Shown: positions 1 through 10,145, numbered from the stretch's first letter. The stretch is DNA of 20,000 nucleotides from Candidatus Hermodarchaeota archaeon (GCA_016840065.1 JAEOTB010000037.1:91670-111669), one strand, 5' to 3'. Translations and numbers: made by a program. Notes: a model not told the origin generated them from the letters alone.

Positions 1-1117
<1,117 letters not shown>

Positions 1118-3754
1118 CTACCTCTTTTGGCTTAGGACGCGTTCGATAATAGCGGCGAGGTTTACGGCTTTCCCATGGTCGCTTCGAGCAGGGTCCACAC
1201 CATCCTCTCCATACCTAAACTGGATGATAGTACCTTCCGAGTTTCGGACTGTTTCGTCATATTCGACCTTGATGTTCTGGAGTGCATTGATAAGGCGTCG
1301 CTGCATATAACCGCTAGTACTTGTTCTAACAGCTGTATCTACCAGTCCTTCCCGACCACCCATCGCATGAAAGAAAAATTCTACTGGGTCGAGTCCTCTA
1401 CGGTAGCTTGATTCAACGAAGCCACGGGCTTGGGGGCTTAGGTCGCCTGATTTGAAGTGTGGTAGTGTTCGTCCACGGTAGCCTCGAGAGATTCTTTTTC
1501 CACGTACTGCTTGCTGACCTACGCAAGCTGCCATTTGGGCAAGGTTGAGCGCGTTTCCTTTGGCACCTGTTGATGTCATTATTACTGCGTGCTTGTCTAG
1601 TCCTAGTTCCTGACCTGCCACTGCTCCTGCCCCATCCCGCGCCTTGGACAAGAGTTCCATCATTAGATTCTCAAAGGTCTCCTCTAGTGATAAACCAGGT
1701 GTTCTTTGTAGTTCATTTGCTCTAAAGGCTTGAATAAGTTTTAGCCCGTTTTCTTCTGCTTCTTTCAGGATGTCTTCAATTCGTCGGACAGCAGCAGATT
1801 CGAGAGTGACGTCGTCGATCCCCATGCTGAAACCGCTGTTAGTGATCAAGGTTACTAATAAGGGACACATCGAATCAAGAAACCGGCGAGCCTCACTGTT
1901 GCTATAGTCTTTGACAATTCGGTGCAGTACGCTATTAGGTTGAGCTGCACCAAAGGCTTTCTTGTCGATAACACCTGTAAGCAGCTGGCCATTCCTAATT
2001 AATACGAAACTGTCGTAGAGACACTCTTCCTCCTGGCAAACGTCGCATTTACGGCAAACACTTGCCTTCAGAGAGAGATTCAGTTCCTTGGGGAGCAACA
2101 TACTGAAAATCTGCTTTCCAGTCCACATTGGCTCTGGCTTTGTAACAGAGGGCTTTGGTAGGTCTTCTCGGTATCCTGCTGAAGCAAGTAACTGACAGGT
2201 CTGCGCCTTAGTGAAGAGAGTCCCCTTCCTTGTTAATAAGTAGGCAGATGAGATGTAGTCCTGAATCCCACCGATGATTGGTCCTCCATACCGAGGGCTA
2301 AGAATCTGCTCTTGAACAAGCATCAAGATACGTGATTCAGCACGAGCCTCCTCACCCTGAGGAACATGAAGGTTCATCTCATCTCCATCAAAATCAGCGT
2401 TATAGGGGGGGCAAACGCAAAGACTTAGCCTGAATGTTCGGTAAGGCATCACCTTTACTTCATGAGCCATGATTGACATTCTGTGTAGTGATGGTTGTCG
2501 ATTAAATAGAACAATGTCCCCAGTGCGAAGATGGCGTTCAATGATGTGTCCAGCATCAAGCCCATCTGCATTTGTTTTTCGGTCTTTAACAAATCGGAGG
2601 TCAATTCGTTTGCCATCTGGGCGTATGATGTAGTTGCACCCAGGATGTTCTTTTGGCCCTCGTAACACTAGTTGGCGCATATCCTCAATATTCCATTCAG
2701 TAACACGTTCAGGTACAGTCAGTATTTTTGATATCTCGAGCGGAACGCCAACTTCATTGATAGAAAGGTTGGGATCGGGGGATATGACTGTACGGGCTGA
2801 GAAGTCTACCCTCTTACCAGAGAGGTTGCTTCGGAACCGCCCCTCTTTACCTTTTAGGCGTTGAGCAAGTGTACGGAGTGCTCGACCAGACCTATGACGA
2901 GCGGGAGGAATCCCCGAGACCTCGTTATTGAAGTAAGTAGTAATGTGATACTGGAGGAGTTCCCATAGGTCTTCGACGATTAGTTGCGGTGCACCTGCTT
3001 CAATGTTTTCCCGGAGCCTCTGGTTAATGCGTATTACGTCGACTAGTTTATGTGTTAGGTCATCCTCGGATTTGACTCCTGATTCAAGTGTAATGGAGGG
3101 TCGAACTGCCACAGGGGGTACAGGTAGTACAACGAGAATCATCCACTCGGGACGTGATACACGAGTGTCTATTCCCATCAGGTAGCTATCTCCTTCTGGA
3201 ATCCGCTCTAGCCGGTCGCGAATATCTGTTGGTGTTAGCCGCACACTGCCCTCCATTTTTTCTTCGTAGAAGGTCGTTGGTTTCTCATACTTGACCTTAT
3301 ATTGTTCTGCTTCGCAGTGTGGACATGCTTTTGGTTTAGCTGCATCTTTAAGTACCGCATCAGCCAAATCTTGGTCTAATTGACCCGTTTTTTCGAAGAT
3401 TTCATCCATTTTTTGCTTATAGACAGGAAACAGCTCTAGCTTGAGCTTCAATCTAGCGCAACGTCTGCAGACCGATTTGAGGAATTTCTTGATTAACTTA
3501 GCAAAGCTTACATGCATGACTGGACGTGATAATTCGATGTGACCGAAGTGTCCTGGACAGTCTCCTACACGATTTCCACATGTGCTACAACGTTGCCCAG
3601 GCTCAATTGTTCCGAGCTTACGATCCATAAGACCAGAGGAAATTGGGAGCCCGTCCTCGTCGTATGTATCGGCTGTCACGATTTGTGTGACACTCATCTT
3701 GCGGATAATTTCTGGTGCAAGGAGTCCAAACCAAATGCTTCCTATTTTTTTCAA
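1118..3754 (-). CDS. rpoA1: DNA-directed RNA polymerase subunit A'
   Basis: 878 aa ORF with N-terminal zinc motif (CSTCGNRVGDCPGHFGHIEL) and the catalytic motif NADFDGDEMNLHVPQ. Confidence 0.98.
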   Translation of the reverse strand: MKKIGSIWFGLLAPEIIRKMSVTQIVTADTYDEDGLPISSGLMDRKLGTIEPGQRCSTCGNRVGDCPGHFGHIELSRPVMHVSFAKLIKKFLKSVCRRCARLKLKLELFPVYKQKMDEIFEKTGQLDQDLADAVLKDAAKPKACPHCEAEQYKVKYEKPTTFYEEKMEGSVRLTPTDIRDRLERIPEGDSYLMGIDTRVSRPEWMILVVLPVPPVAVRPSITLESGVKSEDDLTHKLVDVIRINQRLRENIEAGAPQLIVEDLWELLQYHITTYFNNEVSGIPPARHRSGRALRTLAQRLKGKEGRFRSNLSGKRVDFSARTVISPDPNLSINEVGVPLEISKILTVPERVTEWNIEDMRQLVLRGPKEHPGCNYIIRPDGKRIDLRFVKDRKTNADGLDAGHIIERHLRTGDIVLFNRQPSLHRMSIMAHEVKVMPYRTFRLSLCVCPPYNADFDGDEMNLHVPQGEEARAESRILMLVQEQILSPRYGGPIIGGIQDYISSAYLLTRKGTLFTKAQTCQLLASAGYREDLPKPSVTKPEPMWTGKQIFSMLLPKELNLSLKASVCRKCDVCQEEECLYDSFVLIRNGQLLTGVIDKKAFGAAQPNSVLHRIVKDYSNSEARRFLDSMCPLLVTLITNSGFSMGIDDVTLESAAVRRIEDILKEAEENGLKLIQAFRANELQRTPGLSLEETFENLMMELLSKARDGAGAVAGQELGLDKHAVIMTSTGAKGNALNLAQMAACVGQQAVRGKRISRGYRGRTLPHFKSGDLSPQARGFVESSYRRGLDPVEFFFHAMGGREGLVDTAVRTSTSGYMQRRLINALQNIKVEYDETVRNSEGTIIQFRYGEDGVDPARSDHGKAVNLAAIIERVLSQKR

Positions 3755-3780
3755 TCGGTATGATATTTTCTATTCCTCCT

Positions 3781-6700
3781 TCAAGTCCTATCAGCGAGTT
3801 TTAGCCTGGGCCATATCCCTAGGGAAATCAGTTCTTGCAGTACAAGTTTGAAGGCGTATGATATATTTACCTTACTTATTGCTGTGGTCCTAGGTGAGCA
3901 GACTGGACAACGGTGGCGGTCGCGGTTTCGATCATATTCTGCGAGCATTCCACACCCTTCACATACTGATGCAGTGTACTTGTCAGATTCCTCTAGGAGA
4001 CGTTCTCGGAGGAGAAGTGCAGCTCCGTGCCCAATAAGGCAGTCGCGCTCCATTTCGCCGAATCTGAGTCCTCCTTCCCTAGCTCGGCCCTCTGTTGGTT
4101 GTCGTGTAAGAATCTGTACGGGACCTCGTGCTCTAGCATGCATCTTATCAGCAACTAGGTGATGAAGTTTTTGATAGTAGATGACACCAATGAACAAGTC
4201 TACTTCATATTTTTGCCCTGTAATTCCATTGTACATAGTCTCTCGTCCGCTGTATTTGAAGCCTAGCTCGCGCATCTCTTTGAATAATTCTTGAACCTTA
4301 ATCCCTGAAAACGGAGTGCCATCTATCTTTTCACCCTTAAGGCAACCGATTTTCCCTCCAATAGATTCGAGGATTTGACCTAGCGTCATACGACTCGGGA
4401 AAGCATGAGCGTTAACAACAAGATCAGGAACCACTCCAGATTCAGTGAAAGGCATGTCCTCCTGGGGTGCTAGGAGCCCGATGACACCCTTTTGACCGTG
4501 ACGGCTAGCAAATTTATCTCCTAACTCTGGTATCCTCTCGTCTCGAACTTTTACCTTCACCAGACGATTGCCATCGATGTTCTCAGTGAAAACAACCTTG
4601 TCAATAGTTCCTCTTTCGCCGTGTCGAAGGCTGACTGATGTTTCTCGCCTCTTAGGTCCAGGTACTTCTAGTTCTGTGTACTCCTCAAGGAATCTAGGTG
4701 GGCTTGTCCGACCTATGACTATCTCGCCCCCCTTGATTTGGAATTCTGGCTCAATAATACCATCCTCACTCAGTAGACGATAGGATTCAGCGGCTCGATA
4801 TCCACGAACCTCCTTACTCGGAATCTCAAATTTATCCTCTTGCCCACCGGGATATTTACGCTCCTCGGCATCATAGCATCTAAAGAATGTTGATCGGCAA
4901 ATACCCCTTTCAACGGAGGCTTTGTTCATAACTAAAGCATCTTCAATGTTATAACCCTCAAAGCTATGGATTGCTACAACGAGGTTTTGCCCTGCAGGGC
5001 GCCGGTCAAAGCCTATTACCTCCATAGGTCGAGTGGTTACAATTGGACTCTGAACATAGTGAAGCAGATGGCTGCGCGTGTCAACCCGAAGCATAAAATT
5101 GGCGGAGTAAAGACCCAAAGCCTGTTTAGCCATACCTGCTTCGTAGGTATTTCTTGGGGACTGATTATGCTCAGCAAAAGGAACTAGACTCGCACAGATT
5201 CCTAACACGGCTTCAGGCACAAGTTCAAGGTGGGTATGATCTTCAGTGACGTCTTCTGGATTCATAGCAATTAGTGAATTCTCCTCTTCTTCAGCGTCTA
5301 GATACTCAAGGATGCCTGCTCTTACAAGATCATCCCAACTTAATTCTCGGTTACGAATTCTTTCCACATATTGCTTCTCCAGTAATGAAACGCCATCTTT
5401 CACTACGATGAGTGGTCGTCTTACACGACCTGCATCACAATTTACTTGAACCTCTTGTGTATCAGCGTAATAAGCGACATTCACTTCATCACTTAGTTCA
5501 CCCCTTCGCCGCCGATCGCGAAGCCGGGTGACTAGGAGTTCAGGGTTAGCATGAACCCCTATGAATCGACCATTCAAATAGACGTAGATACCTTTGCGGT
5601 CCTCCAAAGATGTGCCTTCTAGAGGTGATAGCTTCAGGGAGAGCAAAGCTTCCTCCACATCAGCTACATCTGAGCCCACAGAGATATACGCCATAAGTGC
5701 CAAGTTTTTCACTAGCCCACAATTTGGCCCCTCAGGAGTTTCTGCCGGACAAATTTTCCCCCAATGCGTCGGATGCAGGTCACGTGCTTCGAAATGTGGT
5801 TGGCTGCGGCTTAAAGGCGAAACAACGCGTCGTAGATGGCTTATTGATGACATGTAGTTAACTCTGTCGAGAAGTTGGCTGACTCCGGCTTTGCCACCAA
5901 CCCAGTTTCCTGTTGCTAGGGCGTGACGTAATCTCTCTGTGATTACATCAGCTCGTACTGCAGTTTTGATTACGGGTTTGCGGCCCCTTGTCGCTGTACG
6001 TTCAAGCTGGTATTTGATATCTCGGCAGAGATTGAGGAATGCAACACGGAAGAGGCTGGTGAGCAAATCTCCTGCTAGTTTAAGCCGCTTGTTTGCATAG
6101 TGGTCTTTATCGTCCTCTGCTCGCTTGTCCAAGGATAACTCGATGAGGCGTTGAGCCATTTGCCCCAAGTAGTGAGCCTTAGCTATCCCTGAACTTGATT
6201 CAGTACCGATATGTGGAAGTAGATATCTATTCAGAACCTGACCCGCTCGTCTTAGACGATAGTCCTTAGTTTGCCCAACCGCCACACGTTTTCCAATGTA
6301 GTCCAGTGCACTTTCACGTGTCGCCTCTGAATCACTCGGGATGACTAGAGATTCAGCGGCGTGAAAACTGGGAATCATCTCTTGCTGAATCGCCGGCTCA
6401 TCACTTACTGCACCAGCTATCTCTCGATCAGTCACCAGACCAAGAGCACGCATTAAAACAACAAGAGGTATCTTTCCTGGGACCGAGGGAAATGATACTC
6501 GGAAGGTGTGATCAGTGCGCCGCTCCATGGTTACGGGAGCTCGGAATCCTCTAGCAGTTGAGAAGACTTTTGTCATGTGTGTGCAGGAGCTACTGCTTGT
6601 CGCTTCCTCGATTAGGATACGATTTGGCGCCAAATCTTCTTGGGTGACTAGCACCCGCTCAGATCCGTTAATCACGAAGTAGCCACCCGGGTCGTTCGGA

Positions 6701-7143
6701 TCCTCACCAGCCTGAATCAATTCTTCAGGTGACATATGCGAGAGACAACAAAAGGAAGACTTGAGCATAATAGGTAGACGGCCAATATAGACCTTTGTTG
6801 TGTCCTTAGGATATTCCATCCCAGTTTTCTCATCTTTATCGATTGGGGTCATTTCAAGGTAAACTGGGGCTGAGTAAGTCAGGTTTCGAATACGTGCCTC
6901 CGAAGGCGTAATCTGTCGAATAGAGCCATCAGCCTCCCTAACAGAAGGATCCCTAATCTCAATCTTACCAATCTTGACATAGAAATTCGGGATATCAGGT
7001 TCGATCTTCCCGACATCACTAACGATTTGCTGAATACGCCGCTCTATGAGGTCGTTAAACGAATCGAGGTGCTGCCGGACGAGGCCCTTCGAAGCGAAGA
7101 AGGACTTCATTACTACCCATCTATCTTCTGAAGTGAGCGACAT
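3781..7143 (-). CDS. rpoB: DNA-directed RNA polymerase subunit B (unsplit)
   Basis: 1120 aa ORF with archaeal Rpo2 motifs: ETPEGPNCGLVKNLAL, GYNIEDALVMNKASVERG, KFASRHGQKGVIG, GGLRFGEMERDCLIGHGAA, and C-terminal zinc motif. Confidence 0.98.
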   Translation of the reverse strand: MSLTSEDRWVVMKSFFASKGLVRQHLDSFNDLIERRIQQIVSDVGKIEPDIPNFYVKIGKIEIRDPSVREADGSIRQITPSEARIRNLTYSAPVYLEMTPIDKDEKTGMEYPKDTTKVYIGRLPIMLKSSFCCLSHMSPEELIQAGEDPNDPGGYFVINGSERVLVTQEDLAPNRILIEEATSSSSCTHMTKVFSTARGFRAPVTMERRTDHTFRVSFPSVPGKIPLVVLMRALGLVTDREIAGAVSDEPAIQQEMIPSFHAAESLVIPSDSEATRESALDYIGKRVAVGQTKDYRLRRAGQVLNRYLLPHIGTESSSGIAKAHYLGQMAQRLIELSLDKRAEDDKDHYANKRLKLAGDLLTSLFRVAFLNLCRDIKYQLERTATRGRKPVIKTAVRADVITERLRHALATGNWVGGKAGVSQLLDRVNYMSSISHLRRVVSPLSRSQPHFEARDLHPTHWGKICPAETPEGPNCGLVKNLALMAYISVGSDVADVEEALLSLKLSPLEGTSLEDRKGIYVYLNGRFIGVHANPELLVTRLRDRRRRGELSDEVNVAYYADTQEVQVNCDAGRVRRPLIVVKDGVSLLEKQYVERIRNRELSWDDLVRAGILEYLDAEEEENSLIAMNPEDVTEDHTHLELVPEAVLGICASLVPFAEHNQSPRNTYEAGMAKQALGLYSANFMLRVDTRSHLLHYVQSPIVTTRPMEVIGFDRRPAGQNLVVAIHSFEGYNIEDALVMNKASVERGICRSTFFRCYDAEERKYPGGQEDKFEIPSKEVRGYRAAESYRLLSEDGIIEPEFQIKGGEIVIGRTSPPRFLEEYTELEVPGPKRRETSVSLRHGERGTIDKVVFTENIDGNRLVKVKVRDERIPELGDKFASRHGQKGVIGLLAPQEDMPFTESGVVPDLVVNAHAFPSRMTLGQILESIGGKIGCLKGEKIDGTPFSGIKVQELFKEMRELGFKYSGRETMYNGITGQKYEVDLFIGVIYYQKLHHLVADKMHARARGPVQILTRQPTEGRAREGGLRFGEMERDCLIGHGAALLLRERLLEESDKYTASVCEGCGMLAEYDRNRDRHRCPVCSPRTTAISKVNISYAFKLVLQELISLGIWPRLKLADRT

Positions 7144-7455
7144 AACATTCCTCCAATGACGGAAACCCAGTCTAATTTGACCAATACTCTGCTAGACGGT
7201 GAAAAGTATCCCTTGAACAAGGCATCGACAGCCCGCACGAGATGAAATGCCCTTGATGTTCTTGATTCGATGAACCTGTGTCTCACGTATATCTCCAGAT
7301 TATAAACATGCGGCGCCAACCAGCCATCGCTCAAGTGAACCCAAGCCAACCGCCTGCGGAGTTAATTTGCCAATGTACAAAGCCCTTTTAAAGATTTTGA
7401 ATCCCCGCGCCAAATGACAACAAAATAATGCGCATACACAGAGAATAAGAAGAAG

Positions 7456-7563
7456 TGGCGCCCGCACCGGGATTCGAACCCGGGTCCTAGGAGTGACAGT
7501 CCCAGATGATAGACCTGATTCTGCATTCTGGCAGTTATTGCCAAAATCCTACACTATACGGGC
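7456..7563 (-). tRNA. tRNA-Asp(GTC) with a D-loop intron; CCA encoded
   Basis: Acceptor GCCCGTA/TGCGGGC, anticodon arm TGGGA-CTGTCAC-TCCTA, T arm CCGGG-TTCGAAT-CCCGG, then G-CCA. About 30 extra nt lie between A14G15 and G18G19. Confidence 0.9.
7519..7548 (-). other. Candidate tRNA-Asp D-loop intron (~30 nt; ends uncertain by a few nt)
   Basis: GATTTTGGCAATAACTGCCAGAATGCAGAA contains the 9-bp hairpin ATTTTGGCA-ATAAC-TGCCAGAAT (one G-U). Removal gives a normal-length D arm. Confidence 0.75.
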
Positions 7564-7683
7564 TGCAATAGTTTGCTTTGGGTGTTTGGATAAAAAGCTT
7601 TCTCTGCTTAGTGTGCTACGCACTTGGATTAGTGGTGCTGGTCTAAGAAAAGTGGTGGTCCCGCCTCCCGGATTTGAACCAGG

Positions 7684-7712
7684 TTATGGGTCCTTGAAAT
7701 GCTCCAAGGACA
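7684..7712 (-). other. tRNA-Tyr intron 2 at variable loop/T-stem junction (29 nt)
   Basis: Strict BHB: outer helix ACCAG/CTGGT, central ATGG/CCAT, bulges TTT and AAC, inner helix GTCCTTG/CAAGGAC. Cleavage after the 2nd bulge nt gives variable loop TGGTT followed by T stem CCTGG. Confidence 0.9.
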
Positions 7713-7723
7713 AACCATCTGGT

Positions 7724-7777
7724 TACTGCCTTGACTGACACCACGTCATAACCCGGGGGGCTCAGGGTGCGAGTAAT
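7724..7777 (-). other. tRNA-Tyr intron 1, canonical position 37/38 (54 nt)
   Basis: Intron ATTACTC...GGCAGTA. Splicing gives anticodon loop CTGTAGA closed by TCTGG/CCAGA. Confidence 0.88.
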
Positions 7778-7883
7778 CTACAGCCAGACGCTCTACCGGA
7801 CTAAGCTAAGGCGGGTCCTTTTGGTTTGTTGCCTTCGTTGGTACATTCCTTTTAAGATTTTTCTAAGTGTTCGTTGGCGATTG

Positions 7884-8360
7884 TTACTTTGTTCCTGTGA
7901 TTGTTTTAACGATCTGGTCGGCTGCTTCTTGTATTGGGGGTGTGATTGGTTTGGCGAATTCTACGTTGAGAGGTTGGATTCCGAGGATGAGGATGATTGT
8001 TTCGATTTGGTTGAGGAGGTACTCGATGAAGAAGGTTAGGGGGAGTTGGTGGGTGGAAAATGCGACGCCACCTATGCTGTCCTTGTCTATCAGGCGGATG
8101 GTTCCTGGAGGTTCGTTCATTAGGGCAGCGTCTACGATTAGGGTGAGGGATGGTTTCATTTCGCAGAGTTGACTGATGAAGTTCTCTGGTACGGTGCTGG
8201 CGTTGATTAGTTCCACGTTTTCAGGAACTCTGTTTTGGAGCTGTTTTATTATGTGAGGACCAACACCGTCATCGGCTTTCAAGTCGTTTCCAACGCCTAG
8301 TATGACGGTGCGTGATGATTTCCTAAGCTCTCCTGTTAAGCGTTGTCTCCAAGACTCCAT
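7884..8360 (-). CDS. Hydrogenase maturation protease (HycI/HyaD-like)
   Basis: 158 aa; ILGVGNDLKADDGVGPHI is the hydrogenase maturation protease N-terminal motif, followed by VELINASTVPENF and LIVDAA. Confidence 0.85.
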   Translation of the reverse strand: MESWRQRLTGELRKSSRTVILGVGNDLKADDGVGPHIIKQLQNRVPENVELINASTVPENFISQLCEMKPSLTLIVDAALMNEPPGTIRLIDKDSIGGVAFSTHQLPLTFFIEYLLNQIETIILILGIQPLNVEFAKPITPPIQEAADQIVKTITGTK

Positions 8361-8439
8361 TTTGTGAGAAGAATTTATAATAAGTGATAAAGGTTGCTAT
8401 TCCTAGTAGCATCAACTGATCTGTTGAAGGGGTATACCA

Positions 8440-9045
8440 TTGGTAGATGAGCATCCACTGGAAGAAGTTTCTCTAGATGAAGATAAGGAAGAACCGCGCC
8501 CTCAGCTCCCAGAGGAACCTATAACAGCGAAGCTGTCCAGAGGACGTGTCGTAGTTAAGGGGGAGATGGCCCGTGTTCTATACGACGCTGGGCACTTTGG
8601 CACTTTGAAAAGTGAATTAGAACTCGTCTTAGAGGCTGAGGAAGCCCTCTTACTTATACGACGAAAGCGAATTCAGGTCTTTGACAGAAAAGGAACTGAA
8701 CTAGATTTCTCGGTGTTGCTTCAGATATTATCAGAACGCCACCCTAGATTATGGACGCAGTATCTTGTATACAGTGACCTTAGGAGCAGAGGTTATGTTG
8801 TCCGAACAGGCTATGGAAAAGGACTCTGGTTTCGCGTTTATCCACGGGGCGCCAAACTAAACGAGGCAACAGCGAAATATTTTGTGTGCGCCATATCAGA
8901 GGGTTCACCACTTAAAGTAGCAGAACTTGAGAAGCTTAGCAGTCTAGCGTTAAGGAACCGGAAAAAGCTGATGCTAGCTGTCTTGGATAGACAAGGTGAA
9001 ACAACCTACTATCTAGTTTCACACGCCGACATCACGGCAGACTAG
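8440..9045 (+). CDS. endA: tRNA-splicing endonuclease EndA-family protein, possibly a divergent or non-catalytic subunit
   Basis: 201 aa; YLVYSDLRSRGYVVRTGYGKGLWFRVYPRG and RNRKKLMLAVLDRQGETTYYLVS match the EndA catalytic domain (Tyr and Lys regions present), but the region that normally reads EEHSKYLVH is NEATAKYFV. Confidence 0.85.
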   Translation: MVDEHPLEEVSLDEDKEEPRPQLPEEPITAKLSRGRVVVKGEMARVLYDAGHFGTLKSELELVLEAEEALLLIRRKRIQVFDRKGTELDFSVLLQILSERHPRLWTQYLVYSDLRSRGYVVRTGYGKGLWFRVYPRGAKLNEATAKYFVCAISEGSPLKVAELEKLSSLALRNRKKLMLAVLDRQGETTYYLVSHADITAD

Positions 9046-9076
9046 ATAAAGGGAATAGGTGGCGGGCCCGCCGGGA

Positions 9077-9105
9077 AATTCAGCATACACGATTTGTATA
9101 GCGCG
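9077..9105 (-). other. tRNA-Arg T-loop intron (29 nt, position 59/60)
   Basis: Outer CCGGG/CCCGG, central TTCG/TGAA, bulges AAC and TTT, internal hairpin ATACA-AATCG-TGTAT. Excision gives T loop TTCGAAT. Confidence 0.85.
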
Positions 9106-9144
9106 TTCGAACCCGGGATTACTGGCTTAGGAGGCCAGCGCCTT

Positions 9145-9165
9145 CTTCGGGGTATCAGTGAACCA
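9145..9165 (-). other. tRNA-Arg D-loop intron (21 nt, position about 20a/21)
   Basis: TGGTTCACTGATACCCCGAAG; central helix TCGG/CCGA, bulges ATT and AGA. Excision gives D arm GCCAAGTCGGATAAGGC. Confidence 0.83.
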
Positions 9166-9233
9166 ATCCGACTTGGCCACGGGCCCTCGGAATCACCCTG
9201 TGCTAGAGGAAACACCTATTTCCATATTTCGCT

Positions 9234-9920
9234 TCATTTCACTAAACGTTTGATATCCGAGTCAGTGCCCACATAAACAGCGTTAGTTTGGTGGGGAAAT
9301 AGGCCAGTTTCTAGAACCCCAGGTATTGATATCAATTGGCAATCTAGTTGGGCAGCATCAATGATTTCTGAAAATGTCACATCGACGATGAAATTTCCAT
9401 TATCGGTGATTACAGGACCAGCTTTGCGATGGGCTTGCCTCACCTTTGGCGTACCCCCAAGTTCTCTAATTCTCTTCAAGGAAAGTGACAAAGCAGGAGG
9501 TATCACCTCAACAGGCACAGGCATTTTCACACCCAGCTTCGAAACAAGTTTTCCTTGATCTACGATAACGATGAACTCCTCGGCGGTTTCAGCAAGAATC
9601 TTTTCCCGCAAAAGCGCGGCACCACCCCCCTTGATTAACGCGAGTTGACTATCAACCTCATCTGCCCCGTCAATTGCAAGTGGAATCGTCGATATACTGG
9701 TTAGGCATTCTACTCTAAATCCAGCAGCTCGGAGCCGATGACCAGTAGCAAAGGAGCTAGGAACGGTTACAATCGAGATCTTGTCCGCAGCCACCTTTTC
9801 TATCAACAGGTCTATGAAAATATCAACCGTCGAACCAGTGCCAACGCCAAGGGTCATTCCATCAGTAACGTGGACCAGCGCTGCTTCAGCAGCCCTTCGC
9901 TTCTCATCTATTGCAGCCAT
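9234..9920 (-). CDS. rpiA: Ribose-5-phosphate isomerase A
   Basis: 228 aa; GLGTGSTVDIFIDLL, IDGADEVD, LIKGGGAALLREKI, ETGLFPHQTNAVYVG. Confidence 0.96.
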   Translation of the reverse strand: MAAIDEKRRAAEAALVHVTDGMTLGVGTGSTVDIFIDLLIEKVAADKISIVTVPSSFATGHRLRAAGFRVECLTSISTIPLAIDGADEVDSQLALIKGGGAALLREKILAETAEEFIVIVDQGKLVSKLGVKMPVPVEVIPPALSLSLKRIRELGGTPKVRQAHRKAGPVITDNGNFIVDVTFSEIIDAAQLDCQLISIPGVLETGLFPHQTNAVYVGTDSDIKRLVK

Positions 9921-9992
9921 TGATTCAACCTTCCATCCCTCCAGTCTCCTAGAACTTAATATAACTTACCAAGGAGCCGAGAAGAAAATAGA

Positions 9993-10069
9993 TGGAGCCT
10001 CGGGCGGGATTCGAACCCGCGACCCTCGCCTTACCAAGGCGATGCGCTACCGAGCTATGCCACCGAGGC
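9993..10069 (-). tRNA. tRNA-Thr(GGT), intronless; CCA encoded
   Basis: 77 nt: GCCTCGG/CCGAGGC acceptor, anticodon arm TCGCC-TTGGTAA-GGCGA, T arm GCGGG-TTCGAAT-CCCGC, T-CCA. Confidence 0.96.
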
Positions 10070-10098
10070 TCATATGAAGAGAAGTGCCGAGGGCGGGC

Positions 10099-10123
10099 TT
10101 TTCGCCGAACATTGCTGTTCAGT
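10099..10123 (-). other. tRNA-Met T-loop intron (25 nt, position 59/60)
   Basis: Strict BHB: outer GCGGG/CCCGC, central TTCG/CGAA, bulges AAA and AAG, inner CTGAACA-GCAA-TGTTCGG. Excision gives T loop TTCGAAG. Confidence 0.9.
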
Positions 10124-10145
10124 TTCGAACCCGCGATCTCCAGAT

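Larger units (their letters stand above)
7656..7815 (-). tRNA. tRNA-Tyr(GTA) with two introns; CCA encoded
   Basis: Acceptor CCCGCCT/AGGCGGG, D arm GCTTAGTCCGGTAGAGC, anticodon arm TCTGG-CTGTAGA-CCAGA after splicing, T arm CCTGG-TTCAAAT-CCGGG, A-CCA. The spliced product is exactly 77 nt. Confidence 0.93.
9060..9186 (-). tRNA. tRNA-Arg(CCT) with two non-canonical introns; CCA encoded
   Basis: Spliced product: GGGCCCG TG GCCAAGTCGGATAAGGC G CTGGC CTCCTAA GCCAG TAATC CCGGG TTCGAAT CCCGG CGGGCCC G CCA = 77 nt, with full cloverleaf. Confidence 0.92.

Noticed and set aside
7113-7349. 78 aa minus-strand ORF upstream of rpoB, considered as rpoH
   Set aside because: Overlaps the rpoB start, no RpoH motifs, low-complexity unlike a conserved subunit.
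9094-9276. 60 aa + strand ORF after endA
   Set aside because: Lies antisense over the tRNA-Arg gene; composition explained by the tRNA.
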